Assembly: GCA_963662655.2 (NCBI GenBank)
Contig: CAXXTU010000002.1
Location: 2,688,001-2,752,000, forward strand
DNA: 64,000 nt
Source of the DNA: Candidatus Cloacimonadales bacterium
Lineage (GTDB): Bacteria; Cloacimonadota; Cloacimonadia; Cloacimonadales; JAIOQZ01
Direction of reading: 5' to 3'
Below, piece after piece: positions 9,062 to 20,173 of this stretch; positions within the stretch are counted from its first letter, which is position 1, and every line of letters begins with the position of its first letter. The position numbers were made by a program, and so were the translations under genes. Under the pieces are notes generated by a model, which saw only the letters and a list, made by a program, of their open reading frames with translations, ran no database searches and was not told the DNA's origin.

Positions 9062-12000
9062 ATGTTGAACAATTTCAAATGGATGATGGCAAAGAACGAT
9101 CCTGATAAACTGGAACAATTGTACGTGGGCTCGAAATCTCTTCGGGAACAGATCATCGAGCGGCTATTCGAGCTTGAAGACTATAAGCGGCTCATCCAGC
9201 TTGCTCAGAAAGATCCCACCCAGCGTAACCACATTCTACAAAAAATCATGGATTTGACCCAGCTTGACTTGAATGATGTCGAGTATATCATGACGTTTGC
9301 GAATATCGGATTTGTTCAGAAGACCATCATTCCCTACATGGTCAGGAATTTCAAAGAGAAAGATCTGATCCGGCTGGCCAAGAAACCGAAGATCGACCGC
9401 ATCATCAGAAGAAACCTGCTCAAGCGCCTCGGCATCGATCCCGACAACCCCAACGCGCCGCGAAAAGTGAAGGAAGACTACCTCAAGCTCCGCATGCTCC
9501 TCGAGGAAGCCGACCTGGATGAGATCGTCGAGAACAGCCGTGAAGAGATATCTCTGGAGCAGCAATCGTCCGAGATGGATCGCCTGAAGCATTACCTGAG
9601 CATCCGCAAGAACATCTCCGCAGAAGAAGATTACAAGCTGATCAAGCAGGAAATGCTCTTCTGGGTGAGCCAGGAACGATTCAACCTTTCGTTCATCCTC
9701 TCGTTGATCAACCTGTCCCGGCTGAGCGCGCACGACAAACTGAAGCTGATCCGGGAAATCAACAGCGACGAGCTTCTATATCCCGAAAATTTTCAGCTCA
9801 TCACCGATTCCTACGATATCCCTTTCGAGACCTTCCAGACGTTCTTCTCGGAAACGACCGTCAACGAGTGGGTAAAGACCTTCCTGCAAACGCACTTTGT
9901 TATCGACCTGATCTATCTCTACCAGTATTATGAGGAATTCCACTGGCTCGAGAAGTATTTGAAGACCATTGGAATCATCCAGAAAACGAGCCTGAGCGGT
10001 ATCAATGAATCGTACTATCTCACCTCGAAATACGGTTACAGACTCAACGAGATTATCCCGCAGGAGGACATCCGGCAGCAACTGATCGAGAGCTGCCTGC
10101 CGATCCAGAAAGAGATCATGGACAACCTGCACGTCGATTCGTTCCCCATATCGAACTTGCTCAAGCCTCTTCTGATGGTGGGCGGTGAGGAGAACTTCTC
10201 GTTCTTCGCTGCGCTGATGAACCGCAGGGTCGTTAACGATCCGGCACAAACCATTCTCGATATCGAGCAGAATTATCTGGAGCTCAAGCGTCGCATCAAC
10301 ACGCAAAAAGAGATGGAAGAGCTGGTTCTGAACGAGAAGGCGGAAAAGGAGGGGCTGATCTCGGACGACAAGTATCATGTTATCTCGAATATGTACTTCG
10401 AGAAGCTCACGTCCAGCATGGAATTACATCCCAACGTGCGCGACGCGATCCTGAACAACCTTCCGGACCTGAAAAAATACAGCGCCATCGCCACGATGAA
10501 CGGAAAGGTTCGTCTGTGTAAGTTTATCAGCATGCTGAACCTTGACCAGTACGAGGAGATGTTGCTGGAATACGTGAAAGACGACGACTACAACGTGGCT
10601 GTCAACGCGGCTATCGCGCTCAAGAGCCTGGAAAACGAATCCGTCGGCAAGCTTCTCCAGGAGTTTTCGAAGTCATCCAATTACATGGTGCGCAAGCAGA
10701 TCGCATCGTCGCTCAAAATTATTTCCGAGAACATCGACGAGGACTTGATTCTCAAGCTAGCACAGGATGAGAACCTGGAAGTATGCCAGGAAGCGATCCA
10801 GACGATAACGCTTTTACCGATCGATACGGCGGTGGACTACCTCTCCAGAATCATACCCGCAGCGTATTACAAGAACCGTCCCTACATTGCCAGAGCGCTG
10901 AGCCAGTTGCACACGGTGAAGGTGCTGCCGCTTCTCGCAGAGCTGATTCGCGAGGGCGATGCCGAGGAATACTTTGCCGTGATCAAGGCGCTCCCAAGCA
11001 TCTTCAATCCGCTATCGATCCAGTTCCTGAAAACGCTCAACACGCAGCGTCGACCGATTCTGGAGGTCGAATCCGCGAAATCGCTCATTCTGATGGGCGA
11101 TCCCTCCGGCTGGCAAACGCTGGAGTTCTTCTCCGATTTCAGCCAGAACAACGTTCGCAACTACGCGAGGCTTTGCTTCCTCGAGCTTTGTTCCGGCGAG
11201 AACCTTTCGCTCCTGAGAGAATTGAGCTTCGATTCGACGTCTCTCATCGCGGTGATGGCAGCCGGTAAATTGATACAGTATAACGAGGATGAAGGCTGGG
11301 AAACCGTCGAGAGGATCCTTAATACGAACCAGATCGATACGACGTTCATGCTTGTGCAATTGATGATTCACCTTCCCTTTGACAAGGTCTCGCGTTATTT
11401 GGGCGATATCTACAAACGGGACGACTACGGAAGCAAAACGCTTGCGGCGCTGATTTTCGCCCAAAACGGCAGAACGAATTACCTGCAGAAGATCGAGAAC
11501 GAGATATTAAATCTCGACCAATACGCGCATCGCAGGATCATCGATGCGTTGAAGGTGTTCCCGAATGATTTGAGTCTTTCGATCGTAAGGAAGATCGCCC
11601 TGCTCCAGGATATCGATCTGCTGGACGATTTGTTGGGGCTTCTCTCGAGCTACAGCATTGAACGTGCGATGCAATTGATCAATCTGCTGTGGCGCAAAGC
11701 CGACTGGGTTTCCAAGGTGCCTGTCGCGAGAGTACTGGGAAAGCTTCGCCACGCGAAAATCATCGAATTCATCCACAAGCATCGAGGCAACACCACCCCC
11801 GAAGTGAAATCCGAGTTCGCGTACGCGCTCATCATGCAGGGCGACGAATCAGGATGGATCATGTTCGACGAATTGCTGGAAGAGACCAACACTCGCACGG
11901 CTAAATCACCCATCAACGCCATCGCCCGTGTGAAAAGCACGAAGGCCTTGAGGTTGCTCGAGAAGCAGTTGTCCAACCCGAACGAAGCGCTTCAGTCCGA

Positions 12001-12982
12001 AATCATCAAGGCGATCGGAACCATGCAGCTTCGGGAAAGCATTCCGATATTGCACAAGTTTGTCATGAGCACATCGTCGAAGATCAAAATCGGGCTTGCA
12101 AAAGCGCTTGGGGACATATACGGGGATCAATCGACCAAGATGTTACAGGTTCTTTCCAAGGATGGCGACGAATATGTGCGGGTTGCGGCCGATATAGCCC
12201 TGCAAAAGGTGAACAAGGGCATCGAGCTCGATCCGGTGGATACCTACGAGCTGTTCAACTCGATCTTCAAAAAAACGGACTGGCGTTTCTCGGATTCCTG
12301 GTTCGATAAATTGCTGCATCAGTTCGTGGATCCGTACAGCCACCACGAGCCGATTCCGTTGCGCGATTTTGCCGAGAAGATCATCATGAACGAAGACGAA
12401 CTTGAAGAGAAACGGAACGAACTCGATCAGAAGCTTTCGGAGAAACTTATCAGAAGTACGGATGTCGAGAGGATTATGGAGGCGAAGCAGGATACGCAGT
12501 TGAAGAAGAATCGGTTGATCTCTCGAGAGCAACTGGTTTTATCCATTCTGAAGCTGGATCCGGACGACATGAACCTGAAAGACTGGAATATCTTGAGTCA
12601 AGCGCTGCAATCCAATGATGAGGACATCATTCGGGCGATTGTGTTTTCGTCGGTGAAATCGACGGACCCGAAATGGTTCAGCATTCTTCAGGACGTCATG
12701 GATCGCATCGATTACAGCAGCCTGGTCGACCTGATGATTTACTCGGTGTTCCAGAAACGCTGTGCGAAGAGCCTGCCTATTCTCATCAGACTCTTCAAGC
12801 ATGAGAGAGCCCGGTATTATACGCTGTTCTTCGTGAATCATTATATTCTGAACCCGGGTGATCTCGAGCTATCTGACCTGAAGGAGTGCAAAGAAGCGCT
12901 TGCAACGCTTACGGATATCCCCAAGGAAATGCATAATTCCATCAAAGGACTCTTAAACTATCTTATTGAAAAGAAAATGTAA
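9062..12982 (+). CDS. Large HEAT-repeat alpha-solenoid protein (1306 aa)
   Basis: Repeated HEAT-like units (DDDYNVAVNAAIAL, SNYMVRKQIASSL, DGDEYVRVAADIAL). Confidence 0.7.
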   Translation: MLNNFKWMMAKNDPDKLEQLYVGSKSLREQIIERLFELEDYKRLIQLAQKDPTQRNHILQKIMDLTQLDLNDVEYIMTFANIGFVQKTIIPYMVRNFKEKDLIRLAKKPKIDRIIRRNLLKRLGIDPDNPNAPRKVKEDYLKLRMLLEEADLDEIVENSREEISLEQQSSEMDRLKHYLSIRKNISAEEDYKLIKQEMLFWVSQERFNLSFILSLINLSRLSAHDKLKLIREINSDELLYPENFQLITDSYDIPFETFQTFFSETTVNEWVKTFLQTHFVIDLIYLYQYYEEFHWLEKYLKTIGIIQKTSLSGINESYYLTSKYGYRLNEIIPQEDIRQQLIESCLPIQKEIMDNLHVDSFPISNLLKPLLMVGGEENFSFFAALMNRRVVNDPAQTILDIEQNYLELKRRINTQKEMEELVLNEKAEKEGLISDDKYHVISNMYFEKLTSSMELHPNVRDAILNNLPDLKKYSAIATMNGKVRLCKFISMLNLDQYEEMLLEYVKDDDYNVAVNAAIALKSLENESVGKLLQEFSKSSNYMVRKQIASSLKIISENIDEDLILKLAQDENLEVCQEAIQTITLLPIDTAVDYLSRIIPAAYYKNRPYIARALSQLHTVKVLPLLAELIREGDAEEYFAVIKALPSIFNPLSIQFLKTLNTQRRPILEVESAKSLILMGDPSGWQTLEFFSDFSQNNVRNYARLCFLELCSGENLSLLRELSFDSTSLIAVMAAGKLIQYNEDEGWETVERILNTNQIDTTFMLVQLMIHLPFDKVSRYLGDIYKRDDYGSKTLAALIFAQNGRTNYLQKIENEILNLDQYAHRRIIDALKVFPNDLSLSIVRKIALLQDIDLLDDLLGLLSSYSIERAMQLINLLWRKADWVSKVPVARVLGKLRHAKIIEFIHKHRGNTTPEVKSEFAYALIMQGDESGWIMFDELLEETNTRTAKSPINAIARVKSTKALRLLEKQLSNPNEALQSEIIKAIGTMQLRESIPILHKFVMSTSSKIKIGLAKALGDIYGDQSTKMLQVLSKDGDEYVRVAADIALQKVNKGIELDPVDTYELFNSIFKKTDWRFSDSWFDKLLHQFVDPYSHHEPIPLRDFAEKIIMNEDELEEKRNELDQKLSEKLIRSTDVERIMEAKQDTQLKKNRLISREQLVLSILKLDPDDMNLKDWNILSQALQSNDEDIIRAIVFSSVKSTDPKWFSILQDVMDRIDYSSLVDLMIYSVFQKRCAKSLPILIRLFKHERARYYTLFFVNHYILNPGDLELSDLKECKEALATLTDIPKEMHNSIKGLLNYLIEKKM

Positions 12983-12999
12983 ACTACAAGGGACTTGCA

Positions 13000-13791
13000 A
13001 TGAAACCGACGATACTGATTCTCATTCTGTTCTCCATTCTGTCATTTTCGGGAATGGAGCTGGCTATTTCCGATTCCGGGCAAGGATATTATGTGTCGGG
13101 CACACCGTCCGAGACGTGGTTCATTACCGGGGCAGGCAATCAGATTACGATTTACGGATCCGATTTTCAGGAGATCCAAACGTTCTCCACCGGCGCTCAT
13201 AATCCCTATTACATCTATGCAGCCGGACGGGATTTCGACGATGACAACAACATCGAGGTACTTTACTCCGTTTATAATACAACAACCTACACGATGTCGA
13301 TCTACCTGCGCGATACCGTCACCGGCGATATCCAGCTCAGCCATGTGGGGAATCAGAGCACGAGTTACTACGGGTACTCCTATTACGCGTACAACGAGCG
13401 CTTCCTTCTGGTCAATCGCATGATCGATAACGAGTACGATCACTGCTACGTATATCGATCCGGGATTCAAGTGGATCTGGATGAGGGAGATACTCCTGTT
13501 CGGAACGCGTTCGACATCTATCCCAATCCATTTATTCCAACGACTTCTCAGAGTGATTTATCGGTAGCCTTTTCACTGGCCCAACCTCAAACCGTAAGCA
13601 TCGAGATATTCAACATCCGGGGACAGCGAGTCAAAGAGATCGCTTCCAGGATACGCCTGGCAGAGGGTGACCATCAATTGCGCTGGGATGGAAGGGATTC
13701 ATCGGGAAAACCCGTCGCGACGGGAACATATATCTTCTACGTTCATCAAGGCAATGAGAAGTTGGTAAAGAAGAATTTGTTAATACGGTAG
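13000..13791 (+). CDS. Secreted protein with FlgD-Ig/T9SS-type C-terminal domain
   Basis: Signal peptide; YPNPF...IFNIRGQRVK...WDGRD..GKPVATGTY tail. Confidence 0.8.
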   Translation: MKPTILILILFSILSFSGMELAISDSGQGYYVSGTPSETWFITGAGNQITIYGSDFQEIQTFSTGAHNPYYIYAAGRDFDDDNNIEVLYSVYNTTTYTMSIYLRDTVTGDIQLSHVGNQSTSYYGYSYYAYNERFLLVNRMIDNEYDHCYVYRSGIQVDLDEGDTPVRNAFDIYPNPFIPTTSQSDLSVAFSLAQPQTVSIEIFNIRGQRVKEIASRIRLAEGDHQLRWDGRDSSGKPVATGTYIFYVHQGNEKLVKKNLLIR

Positions 13792-13799
13792 AGCCATTT

Positions 13800-13928
13800 G
13801 TATACCGGTGTGGCATCTTCGTCCATTCATCCGCAACGCCGTGGATATAACACGATCCTGACACTATCGAACAATCATAATGGATCGTGTAACACCACGT
13901 CTTCACGGAGAATGGCGCGAATCTGCTC
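13800..13928 (-). ncRNA. Unidentified structured element, copy A
   Basis: Shares four invariant blocks and stem architecture with 20791-20920. Confidence 0.55.
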
Positions 13929-13945
13929 CCACCTCGCATATTCTG

Positions 13946-14929
13946 TTATTCATCAATGACATTCACCGGGATCATCATTTTCATGCCGCTATTACGATAG
14001 TATTTTATAGCACCCGGATGGATTGGAGCTGAAAGCGCATGGAACATTTCTTCTCTTTTCAGGGTCATCAACGCGGGATGAATCGCACAGAAGGCATCGA
14101 AGTTATCGAAGATACACGCCGTGAGTTGTTCGACTGTTTTTACCGGCACATCCGCTCTTGTCACGAGGGTAGCCCGAACGCCGATGCTCTCGATATCTTC
14201 TGTATTGAGCAATCCGGGATAAAGAATAGCCGGAATGGTGGCTCGTGAGTAGTAGGGGAAATCCATCAGCAATTTTTCGGCATCGTAGCCAATAATAGGA
14301 ATAAAGCGCAAGCTGTTTTCGAGGGTCATTTTTTTCATAAGGTCGTTGGGGTGACCGATCGTATAGAAGAAGGCATCCAGATTGCCTTTCGCCATTTCCT
14401 CGGAGGCTTGCATCGGACTGAGGTAGGATGGCGCGATGTCATCCAGCTCGAATCCGATAATCCCCAGGACATCCACAGCGTTCTGGTGCTGGCCTGATCC
14501 AGGCTCGCCAAGACTGATCCGCTTGTCCGAGAGATCGTAGACGGTCTGGATACCACTTGCTTCCGAGGCGATGAGGGTAATGGTTTCGGGATAGAGCGAG
14601 CAGATCGATCGCAGGTGTGACTGCCGTCCGTCGTTCCACCAGTCCTCGAGACCGTAGAACGCCTGGTACTGGCGATCGGACTGGACGATTCCAAAGGTGA
14701 ATTCCCCGGCGACAATCCGGTTCACATTCTCCACAGAACCTTCACTCGAAACCGGTTCCAGCATCAAAGTTGTCTTCGCATCCAGAGCCAGCTTTTCCAG
14801 GCCTTTTCCTACCTGATAATAGACGCCGGTCTCGCATCCTGTACCAATTTTGTTCGGTTTGACATCCGCATTACATGCAATCAGTAGAAGAAGAGATAAA
14901 AGTATGAAAAAGAATAAGCTGTTTCTCAT
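13946..14929 (-). CDS. TAXI-family TRAP transporter solute-binding lipoprotein
   Basis: LIAC lipobox; GTG..TGVYY, GSVEN, QSD, GEPGSG, PIHPGA.KYY motifs. Confidence 0.9.
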   Translation of the reverse strand: MRNSLFFFILLSLLLLIACNADVKPNKIGTGCETGVYYQVGKGLEKLALDAKTTLMLEPVSSEGSVENVNRIVAGEFTFGIVQSDRQYQAFYGLEDWWNDGRQSHLRSICSLYPETITLIASEASGIQTVYDLSDKRISLGEPGSGQHQNAVDVLGIIGFELDDIAPSYLSPMQASEEMAKGNLDAFFYTIGHPNDLMKKMTLENSLRFIPIIGYDAEKLLMDFPYYSRATIPAILYPGLLNTEDIESIGVRATLVTRADVPVKTVEQLTACIFDNFDAFCAIHPALMTLKREEMFHALSAPIHPGAIKYYRNSGMKMMIPVNVIDE

Positions 14930-15831
14930 TATTTCTCCTTTGGAGCGTTCGTGATTTCCCGAAGTAATACTTTAGAATCTTCCTTTATTTTTTCAGGTAC
15001 GTTTTCTTGCTTCAGTAGATGCGTTATAACTTCCGCGGCACGGGAAGGCCATCCGTTTTCCCGGAAGAACAAGGCATTCATGAGCTGAATATCCGGGAAA
15101 GGATAATCGTTTCCAACCTGCTCGACGATGCTCAAAGCAAGCTCGCGTTGTCCGGTTTCGATCAGGAACCCGGCGTAGTCATAGCCGAGCGAGAAATCGT
15201 AATCGGCGTAGCTGATCCCGCTCTCGAACCAGCTTTGCGCCTTGACGAGACAATCCTCCATGCTGCGGGTATCCCCTTCATCCTGTGCCGCTCTCCAGTA
15301 TGCCAGCGCAATCGTCCGGCATGTGAGGCTGCGAGGCTCAACGTGATTCTGCGTGTATTCATCCCGCTCCGCAACATTTCGGGTCTCAACCCGCATCGGG
15401 TCATAGTCCAACTCTCCATCAGAGAGAAACACGTGGTGGCGGGTGGCGGAGAAATCCAGGAGCTTTCCCGTCGCGAAGAAAACCGCATCGAGGAACATGG
15501 TGGAAAGCGTACTGCAATCTAGCGAGCTCTGCCAGAGGTCTCTAGAAAGCAAGTCGGCCCGTCTTGCAGAGGAATAACGATCTTCGAGCGCAGAGCAAAA
15601 CCTGAAAAAGAACGATCGTAGCGGCTGAGGTTCGTTACCGTCATACAGCCTGGCCAGCTTCGTGATTTCGGTTTGATATTGAGACTTTATCGAATCCGGC
15701 GAGGCGTTTACATAGCGCTCTTGCAATCCCTGACATTCAAGTTCGATCATCTGTTCGCCCAAGAGCGTCACCGAATGACATACGCTTCCGCAGGCAAGCA
15801 GTAGTAGCAGGAGAATCGTGCGGAGAATCAT
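14929..15831 (-). CDS. Hypothetical exported protein (transglutaminase-like LDC..H motif, helical C-terminus)
   Basis: Signal peptide; co-oriented and abutting neighbours; LDCSTLS and HVFL motifs. Confidence 0.5.
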   Translation of the reverse strand: MILRTILLLLLLACGSVCHSVTLLGEQMIELECQGLQERYVNASPDSIKSQYQTEITKLARLYDGNEPQPLRSFFFRFCSALEDRYSSARRADLLSRDLWQSSLDCSTLSTMFLDAVFFATGKLLDFSATRHHVFLSDGELDYDPMRVETRNVAERDEYTQNHVEPRSLTCRTIALAYWRAAQDEGDTRSMEDCLVKAQSWFESGISYADYDFSLGYDYAGFLIETGQRELALSIVEQVGNDYPFPDIQLMNALFFRENGWPSRAAEVITHLLKQENVPEKIKEDSKVLLREITNAPKEK

Positions 15832-15834
15832 CGC

Positions 15835-18723
15835 TTAGCGAAGAATCAGAACCTTCTTCGTCTGGCTTTGGCTCGGTGTTTCGAGACGCAGGAAATACAC
15901 GCCGCTGGAGATCACCTTGCCAGTCTCGTCCAGGCCATCCCAGTAAAGGCTGTGGACGCCGGCGTCGTAATTCCCTTGAGAGATTCTGGTCACAAGCTGT
16001 CCGCGGACGTTGTAGATCGCGGCTTCAATCTTCTCCGGCTTGGGAAGCGAGAAACTCACGGAAAGGCCGTCGGCAGCCTGCACGGGATTGGGGAACACCG
16101 TAAGCTGAATGGACGGTTGTTGGATCGTCTCGGTTTCTATGCTTACCTCTTCACCCAGATCGCTCAGCATCCGGTCGAAAAGCGATTCGACCATTTCCTT
16201 CTGCATGTAATAGAGCGGAAATCCGAAGAAGAACACCGTTCCGGAAGGCTGGTACTTCAACGCGCAAGGCAGACCTTCGTAATCGCTGCCTGCTTCGCTG
16301 TGGAAAGTATAAATGCCATCCTCTGCACCTTCGAACACACATACGTACGGCAGCATTCCGTTCCAGACGGAAAGAATTTTGTCCTGATCGAGCGTTTGAT
16401 TGGGGTAGTTGTCCGAGAGCGCTTGCGAGAACTCGGCGCTCGACGAGAACGATGCCTCCGTGATGTTCAGGAAAGTTGAGCGGAAGGACTCCGAGAGCTC
16501 TGTGGCCGTTTTCCATCCGGAGACGATCAGATTACCGCCTGCCAGCAGGTAACTCGTGAGAATATCTTCGTAATCGGATATTTTCTGTTGGGTGATATCG
16601 TCGTCATGCCAGATGATGGTGGAATAGTTACGTAGTTCGAGAATTTGTGGATCACCATCCGTATCGAGATCGTGCGAGGTGAAGAAATTATTGATCACGT
16701 CCGTGTAGAAATCATCGACCTGTGCATCGTCAGGATTGCCGGGTGTCCCGGAACCGTTGCGTGTCTCGTCGATCACCAGAACGCCCTGATCCATCGGGAA
16801 ATCGATTGGCGTTGCTTCCAGTGTTTGGGATGGAAGCGATTCGAAGCCGTCTTTTACAGCCGTGACATAGTAGTAGTAGGTCTGGCCGTTACTTACATTC
16901 TCGTCGTTATAGATCGTACCTGTAGCAGGATCGTCGTTGAGGAGCGTAAATCCCTGATCCTCTTCTTCGGAACGATAAACGTTGTAGCCTTCCACCTCGG
17001 CAGCTTCCCAGAAGGGCTGCCAGTAAACGATCACCTCTCCATCCGTCGCGGAGGCGTTGAGCAGCGTCATCACCTGCTCCGTGTTCGAGCGGGAAATCAC
17101 CCAGTGATGGGGATCGAATTCGGCGGTGAAATCGCCGATACCCGTCAGATCGCTGACCTGCATCGCGGGGGCGTCGGGAGAACCGGTCACAAGAAGCGAA
17201 TCGTGGTGTTCTTCCCAGTTGACGTGGATGGGAACCTGAATATGGAAATCGGTACTGGTGTTGGAAACGGTTTGAACCATGGACATCATTTGCGGACTGT
17301 TTGAACCGATCCCCGCGAAGAAAAGCGCGTATTCGGTTGCCGGAAGACCGGGCGAGTATATCCACTGATCGAAGAATTGCCCCAGATCCAGCCCGGACTC
17401 CTGCTCCATGATCGCCCGAAGTTCCTCGGTTACGGCCCAACCGTTGCGGTAGGTCTGGAAATAGGTCTGCACCGCGTCGAAGAAATCATCGTCGCCCATG
17501 ATGAGCCGGAGCATGTGCAGAACGGATGCCGCTTTCTCGTAAACCGGCGGAGAGAATGTCTCGTTGTATGGCGGAGCGTAAATGGTCCGCGATCCATTCG
17601 AATTAGCCCAGTTGATATAGTAGCCGTGGATCGCTGAATCGACGTAGTTTGTCATTTCGTCGAATCCCTGCCAGTGCTCCATATATATCGCTTCCGAAAG
17701 GACAGCGAAGCCTTCGGAAAGCCACACGTGATCGAAGGTAAGCGGTGTGACGCAGTTACCGAACCACTGGTGGGAAAGCTCGTGGGCAATGGTGATCTCG
17801 CCGCCGTGATTTCCGTCGATGAAGCTGCTTCCCATGGTGGTCATGGTCTGGTGCTCCATCGCGCCGAATGTTTGCATGGGAACGATGGCATTTCCGTATT
17901 TCTCGAACGGGTATTCTCCGTACACACTTTCGTAAACTTCGATCATATAGGGGAGGTTGGAGAAATCCTCAAGGGCCTCGTCATACATGGTATTTACGGC
18001 AAAATTTTGAATTGGTAAATCGCCATAATTATCATCGATCTGAATGTAATAACCCGCAGTTATGCATGCAAGATGCCCAGCCATGGGCGAGGATCCCTCC
18101 CAATGGGTTGTATGAGTCCCGTCACCGTTGTTATCGATCCCGGTTCTGATGCCATTGCAAGCAATCACCCAATCATCGTGTTCCGTGATATGGAAATCGT
18201 ATATCGCTTTCTCCCAGGGGTGATCGTAGGCCGGCATCCACCAACGTACTCCGCTGGGGTCGGACAGTGTGAAGAAATAGTATTGGCTGAAGATCATTCC
18301 GATATGAAAAACGTCGTCGCTCAACTGCGGATAACCGAAATAGCTAATCTGCACGGTAAACTCATCACCGTTGGAGATATCCGATAGCGCGATGTCGATC
18401 TCGCCGTCTTCGTGCGTGAACGTCGTACTCTCGCCGTTGACCAGTATCTCATCGACCGTCAGCGCTTCCAGCTCAAAGGTGATTTCTTCAAGGTCCTCTT
18501 CCGCGAGGATAGTGGCAATCACGATGCCATCGATGTATTCCTCCATTTGATCGATGTCGATGGAAACATCGTATGAAAGTACATCGAATCCATGAAGTGA
18601 ATCGGCACGGGAATGAGCTTCTTCCAGAACTCGCCGGTACTCGCTCAGGTCCTGCGCCGGCCGGGCATATAATAATACAGTGCACAACAGCACTGAAAAC
18701 AGTATCAAACTTCTGCGCAGCAT
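15835..18723 (-). CDS. Secreted M1 aminopeptidase with FN3 and FlgD-Ig tail
   Basis: GAMEH and HELSH...WLSEGFA motifs; YEKAASVLHML; FPNP...WDG..SGVY tail. Confidence 0.9.
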   Translation of the reverse strand: MLRRSLILFSVLLCTVLLYARPAQDLSEYRRVLEEAHSRADSLHGFDVLSYDVSIDIDQMEEYIDGIVIATILAEEDLEEITFELEALTVDEILVNGESTTFTHEDGEIDIALSDISNGDEFTVQISYFGYPQLSDDVFHIGMIFSQYYFFTLSDPSGVRWWMPAYDHPWEKAIYDFHITEHDDWVIACNGIRTGIDNNGDGTHTTHWEGSSPMAGHLACITAGYYIQIDDNYGDLPIQNFAVNTMYDEALEDFSNLPYMIEVYESVYGEYPFEKYGNAIVPMQTFGAMEHQTMTTMGSSFIDGNHGGEITIAHELSHQWFGNCVTPLTFDHVWLSEGFAVLSEAIYMEHWQGFDEMTNYVDSAIHGYYINWANSNGSRTIYAPPYNETFSPPVYEKAASVLHMLRLIMGDDDFFDAVQTYFQTYRNGWAVTEELRAIMEQESGLDLGQFFDQWIYSPGLPATEYALFFAGIGSNSPQMMSMVQTVSNTSTDFHIQVPIHVNWEEHHDSLLVTGSPDAPAMQVSDLTGIGDFTAEFDPHHWVISRSNTEQVMTLLNASATDGEVIVYWQPFWEAAEVEGYNVYRSEEEDQGFTLLNDDPATGTIYNDENVSNGQTYYYYVTAVKDGFESLPSQTLEATPIDFPMDQGVLVIDETRNGSGTPGNPDDAQVDDFYTDVINNFFTSHDLDTDGDPQILELRNYSTIIWHDDDITQQKISDYEDILTSYLLAGGNLIVSGWKTATELSESFRSTFLNITEASFSSSAEFSQALSDNYPNQTLDQDKILSVWNGMLPYVCVFEGAEDGIYTFHSEAGSDYEGLPCALKYQPSGTVFFFGFPLYYMQKEMVESLFDRMLSDLGEEVSIETETIQQPSIQLTVFPNPVQAADGLSVSFSLPKPEKIEAAIYNVRGQLVTRISQGNYDAGVHSLYWDGLDETGKVISSGVYFLRLETPSQSQTKKVLILR

Positions 18724-18904
18724 TCGCTACCTCCAACAATCACAATGTGTTATCAACACAGCACTTCTGCATATGTCAAAGATTAGCGGACCGTAAAGGA
18801 TTGGCAAGTTTTTCTTTATGAGCAAAATACCGGAAAATGTGTGGACAAAGTATGTGCAACATGACAGGGATGAAACCGTTGAAAGAGTGAATCCTGGAGG
18901 AAGT

Positions 18905-20173
18905 ATGCAATTTGAATTACCGTACGGGGATTCGACTTTCCCCATGGAAATCGACGACCGGAACATACTCGACGTACTGGAAAACGCCGAACTGCCGTCT
19001 ATCGACCATCCCGAAGAAGCCGTTCTCAAAGCGCTGGAGCAGCCGACGGCCTCCATGTCGCTACGCGATCTTCTAACGGTAAAGCCCATTCAACGGCTGG
19101 CGATCGTCGTGACCGACCACACGCGCGGATGCCCGTACCCCACCATCCTTCCCCCGCTGATCGAATACATCATCGAAAGCGGAGTATCGCCGCAGTCGAT
19201 CGAGTTTCTCGTCGCGACCGGCACCCATCCGGCCATGACAATCGATCAGATGCGCAGGCAGTACGGCACTTCCGTTGTCGAAAGCTTTCCCTTTCACTGC
19301 AACGACTGCCGCAGCAAGGATATGGTCTACATGGGCGACCTGATCCATGGCAACCCATTCTACCTCAACAACCTCGCGGTGGATGCGGATTTCCTGATCA
19401 CCACCGGCGTGATCAACACCCACTATCTGGCAGGGTTCTCCGGTGGACGAAAGAGCATCCTGCCTGGGCTTTCCTCCTACGAAACCATCCGCAGGAACCA
19501 CAGCCAGGCGCTGGATCGAAGGGTCGATCTCGCCCGGCTGGACGATAATCCCATCCATCTGGAAATGAGCCAGGCAGCTTCAATGGCAAACGTCGATTTC
19601 AGCCTTAACTTCATCCTCGACGACCACAAGCAGATCGTTAAAATCGTCTCGGGGGATATCCACGAATCGTTCCTCGCGGGAGCGGAGTTCCTGAAGGAGC
19701 ATTACAGTGTCCCCTGCAACGGCCTTGCGGAAGTGATCATCACCACGCCCGGAGGTCATCCCAAGGACCGCACGCTGTATCACACGCAGAAGTGCATGAA
19801 CAACGTCTTTCCGCTCCTCGAGAAGGGCGGAACCGCGATCGTATTCAGTCCATGCAGCGACGGGGTAGGTTCGGACGAGATGGTCCGGTTCATGACCTCC
19901 GTCGAGAAACCCGAAGAGCTTCTTTCCATCGCACCGGAGGAGATCACCGTCGGCGGTCACCGCGCGGTTGCAACCGCGAAGCTCATGGAGAAGGGGGACA
20001 TCGTTCTGGTTTCGAAGATGCCGGGCGAGGAGGTGGAATCGCTGCATTTCAAAACTGCTCCGGACTGGAAAACGGCCTACCGCTTCATCAAAGGTAAGCA
20101 TGGCGACGACGTTAAAATACGAGTAATCCCCAACGGAAACCAGTTTTACGGTGTTCTGCGCGAGGAAACATGA
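18905..20173 (+). CDS. larA: Nickel-pincer-dependent lactate racemase family protein
   Basis: DHTR, ATGTH, HYLAGFSGGRKSILPG, GGHPKD motifs; GGAGG RBS. Confidence 0.85.
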   Translation: MQFELPYGDSTFPMEIDDRNILDVLENAELPSIDHPEEAVLKALEQPTASMSLRDLLTVKPIQRLAIVVTDHTRGCPYPTILPPLIEYIIESGVSPQSIEFLVATGTHPAMTIDQMRRQYGTSVVESFPFHCNDCRSKDMVYMGDLIHGNPFYLNNLAVDADFLITTGVINTHYLAGFSGGRKSILPGLSSYETIRRNHSQALDRRVDLARLDDNPIHLEMSQAASMANVDFSLNFILDDHKQIVKIVSGDIHESFLAGAEFLKEHYSVPCNGLAEVIITTPGGHPKDRTLYHTQKCMNNVFPLLEKGGTAIVFSPCSDGVGSDEMVRFMTSVEKPEELLSIAPEEITVGGHRAVATAKLMEKGDIVLVSKMPGEEVESLHFKTAPDWKTAYRFIKGKHGDDVKIRVIPNGNQFYGVLREET

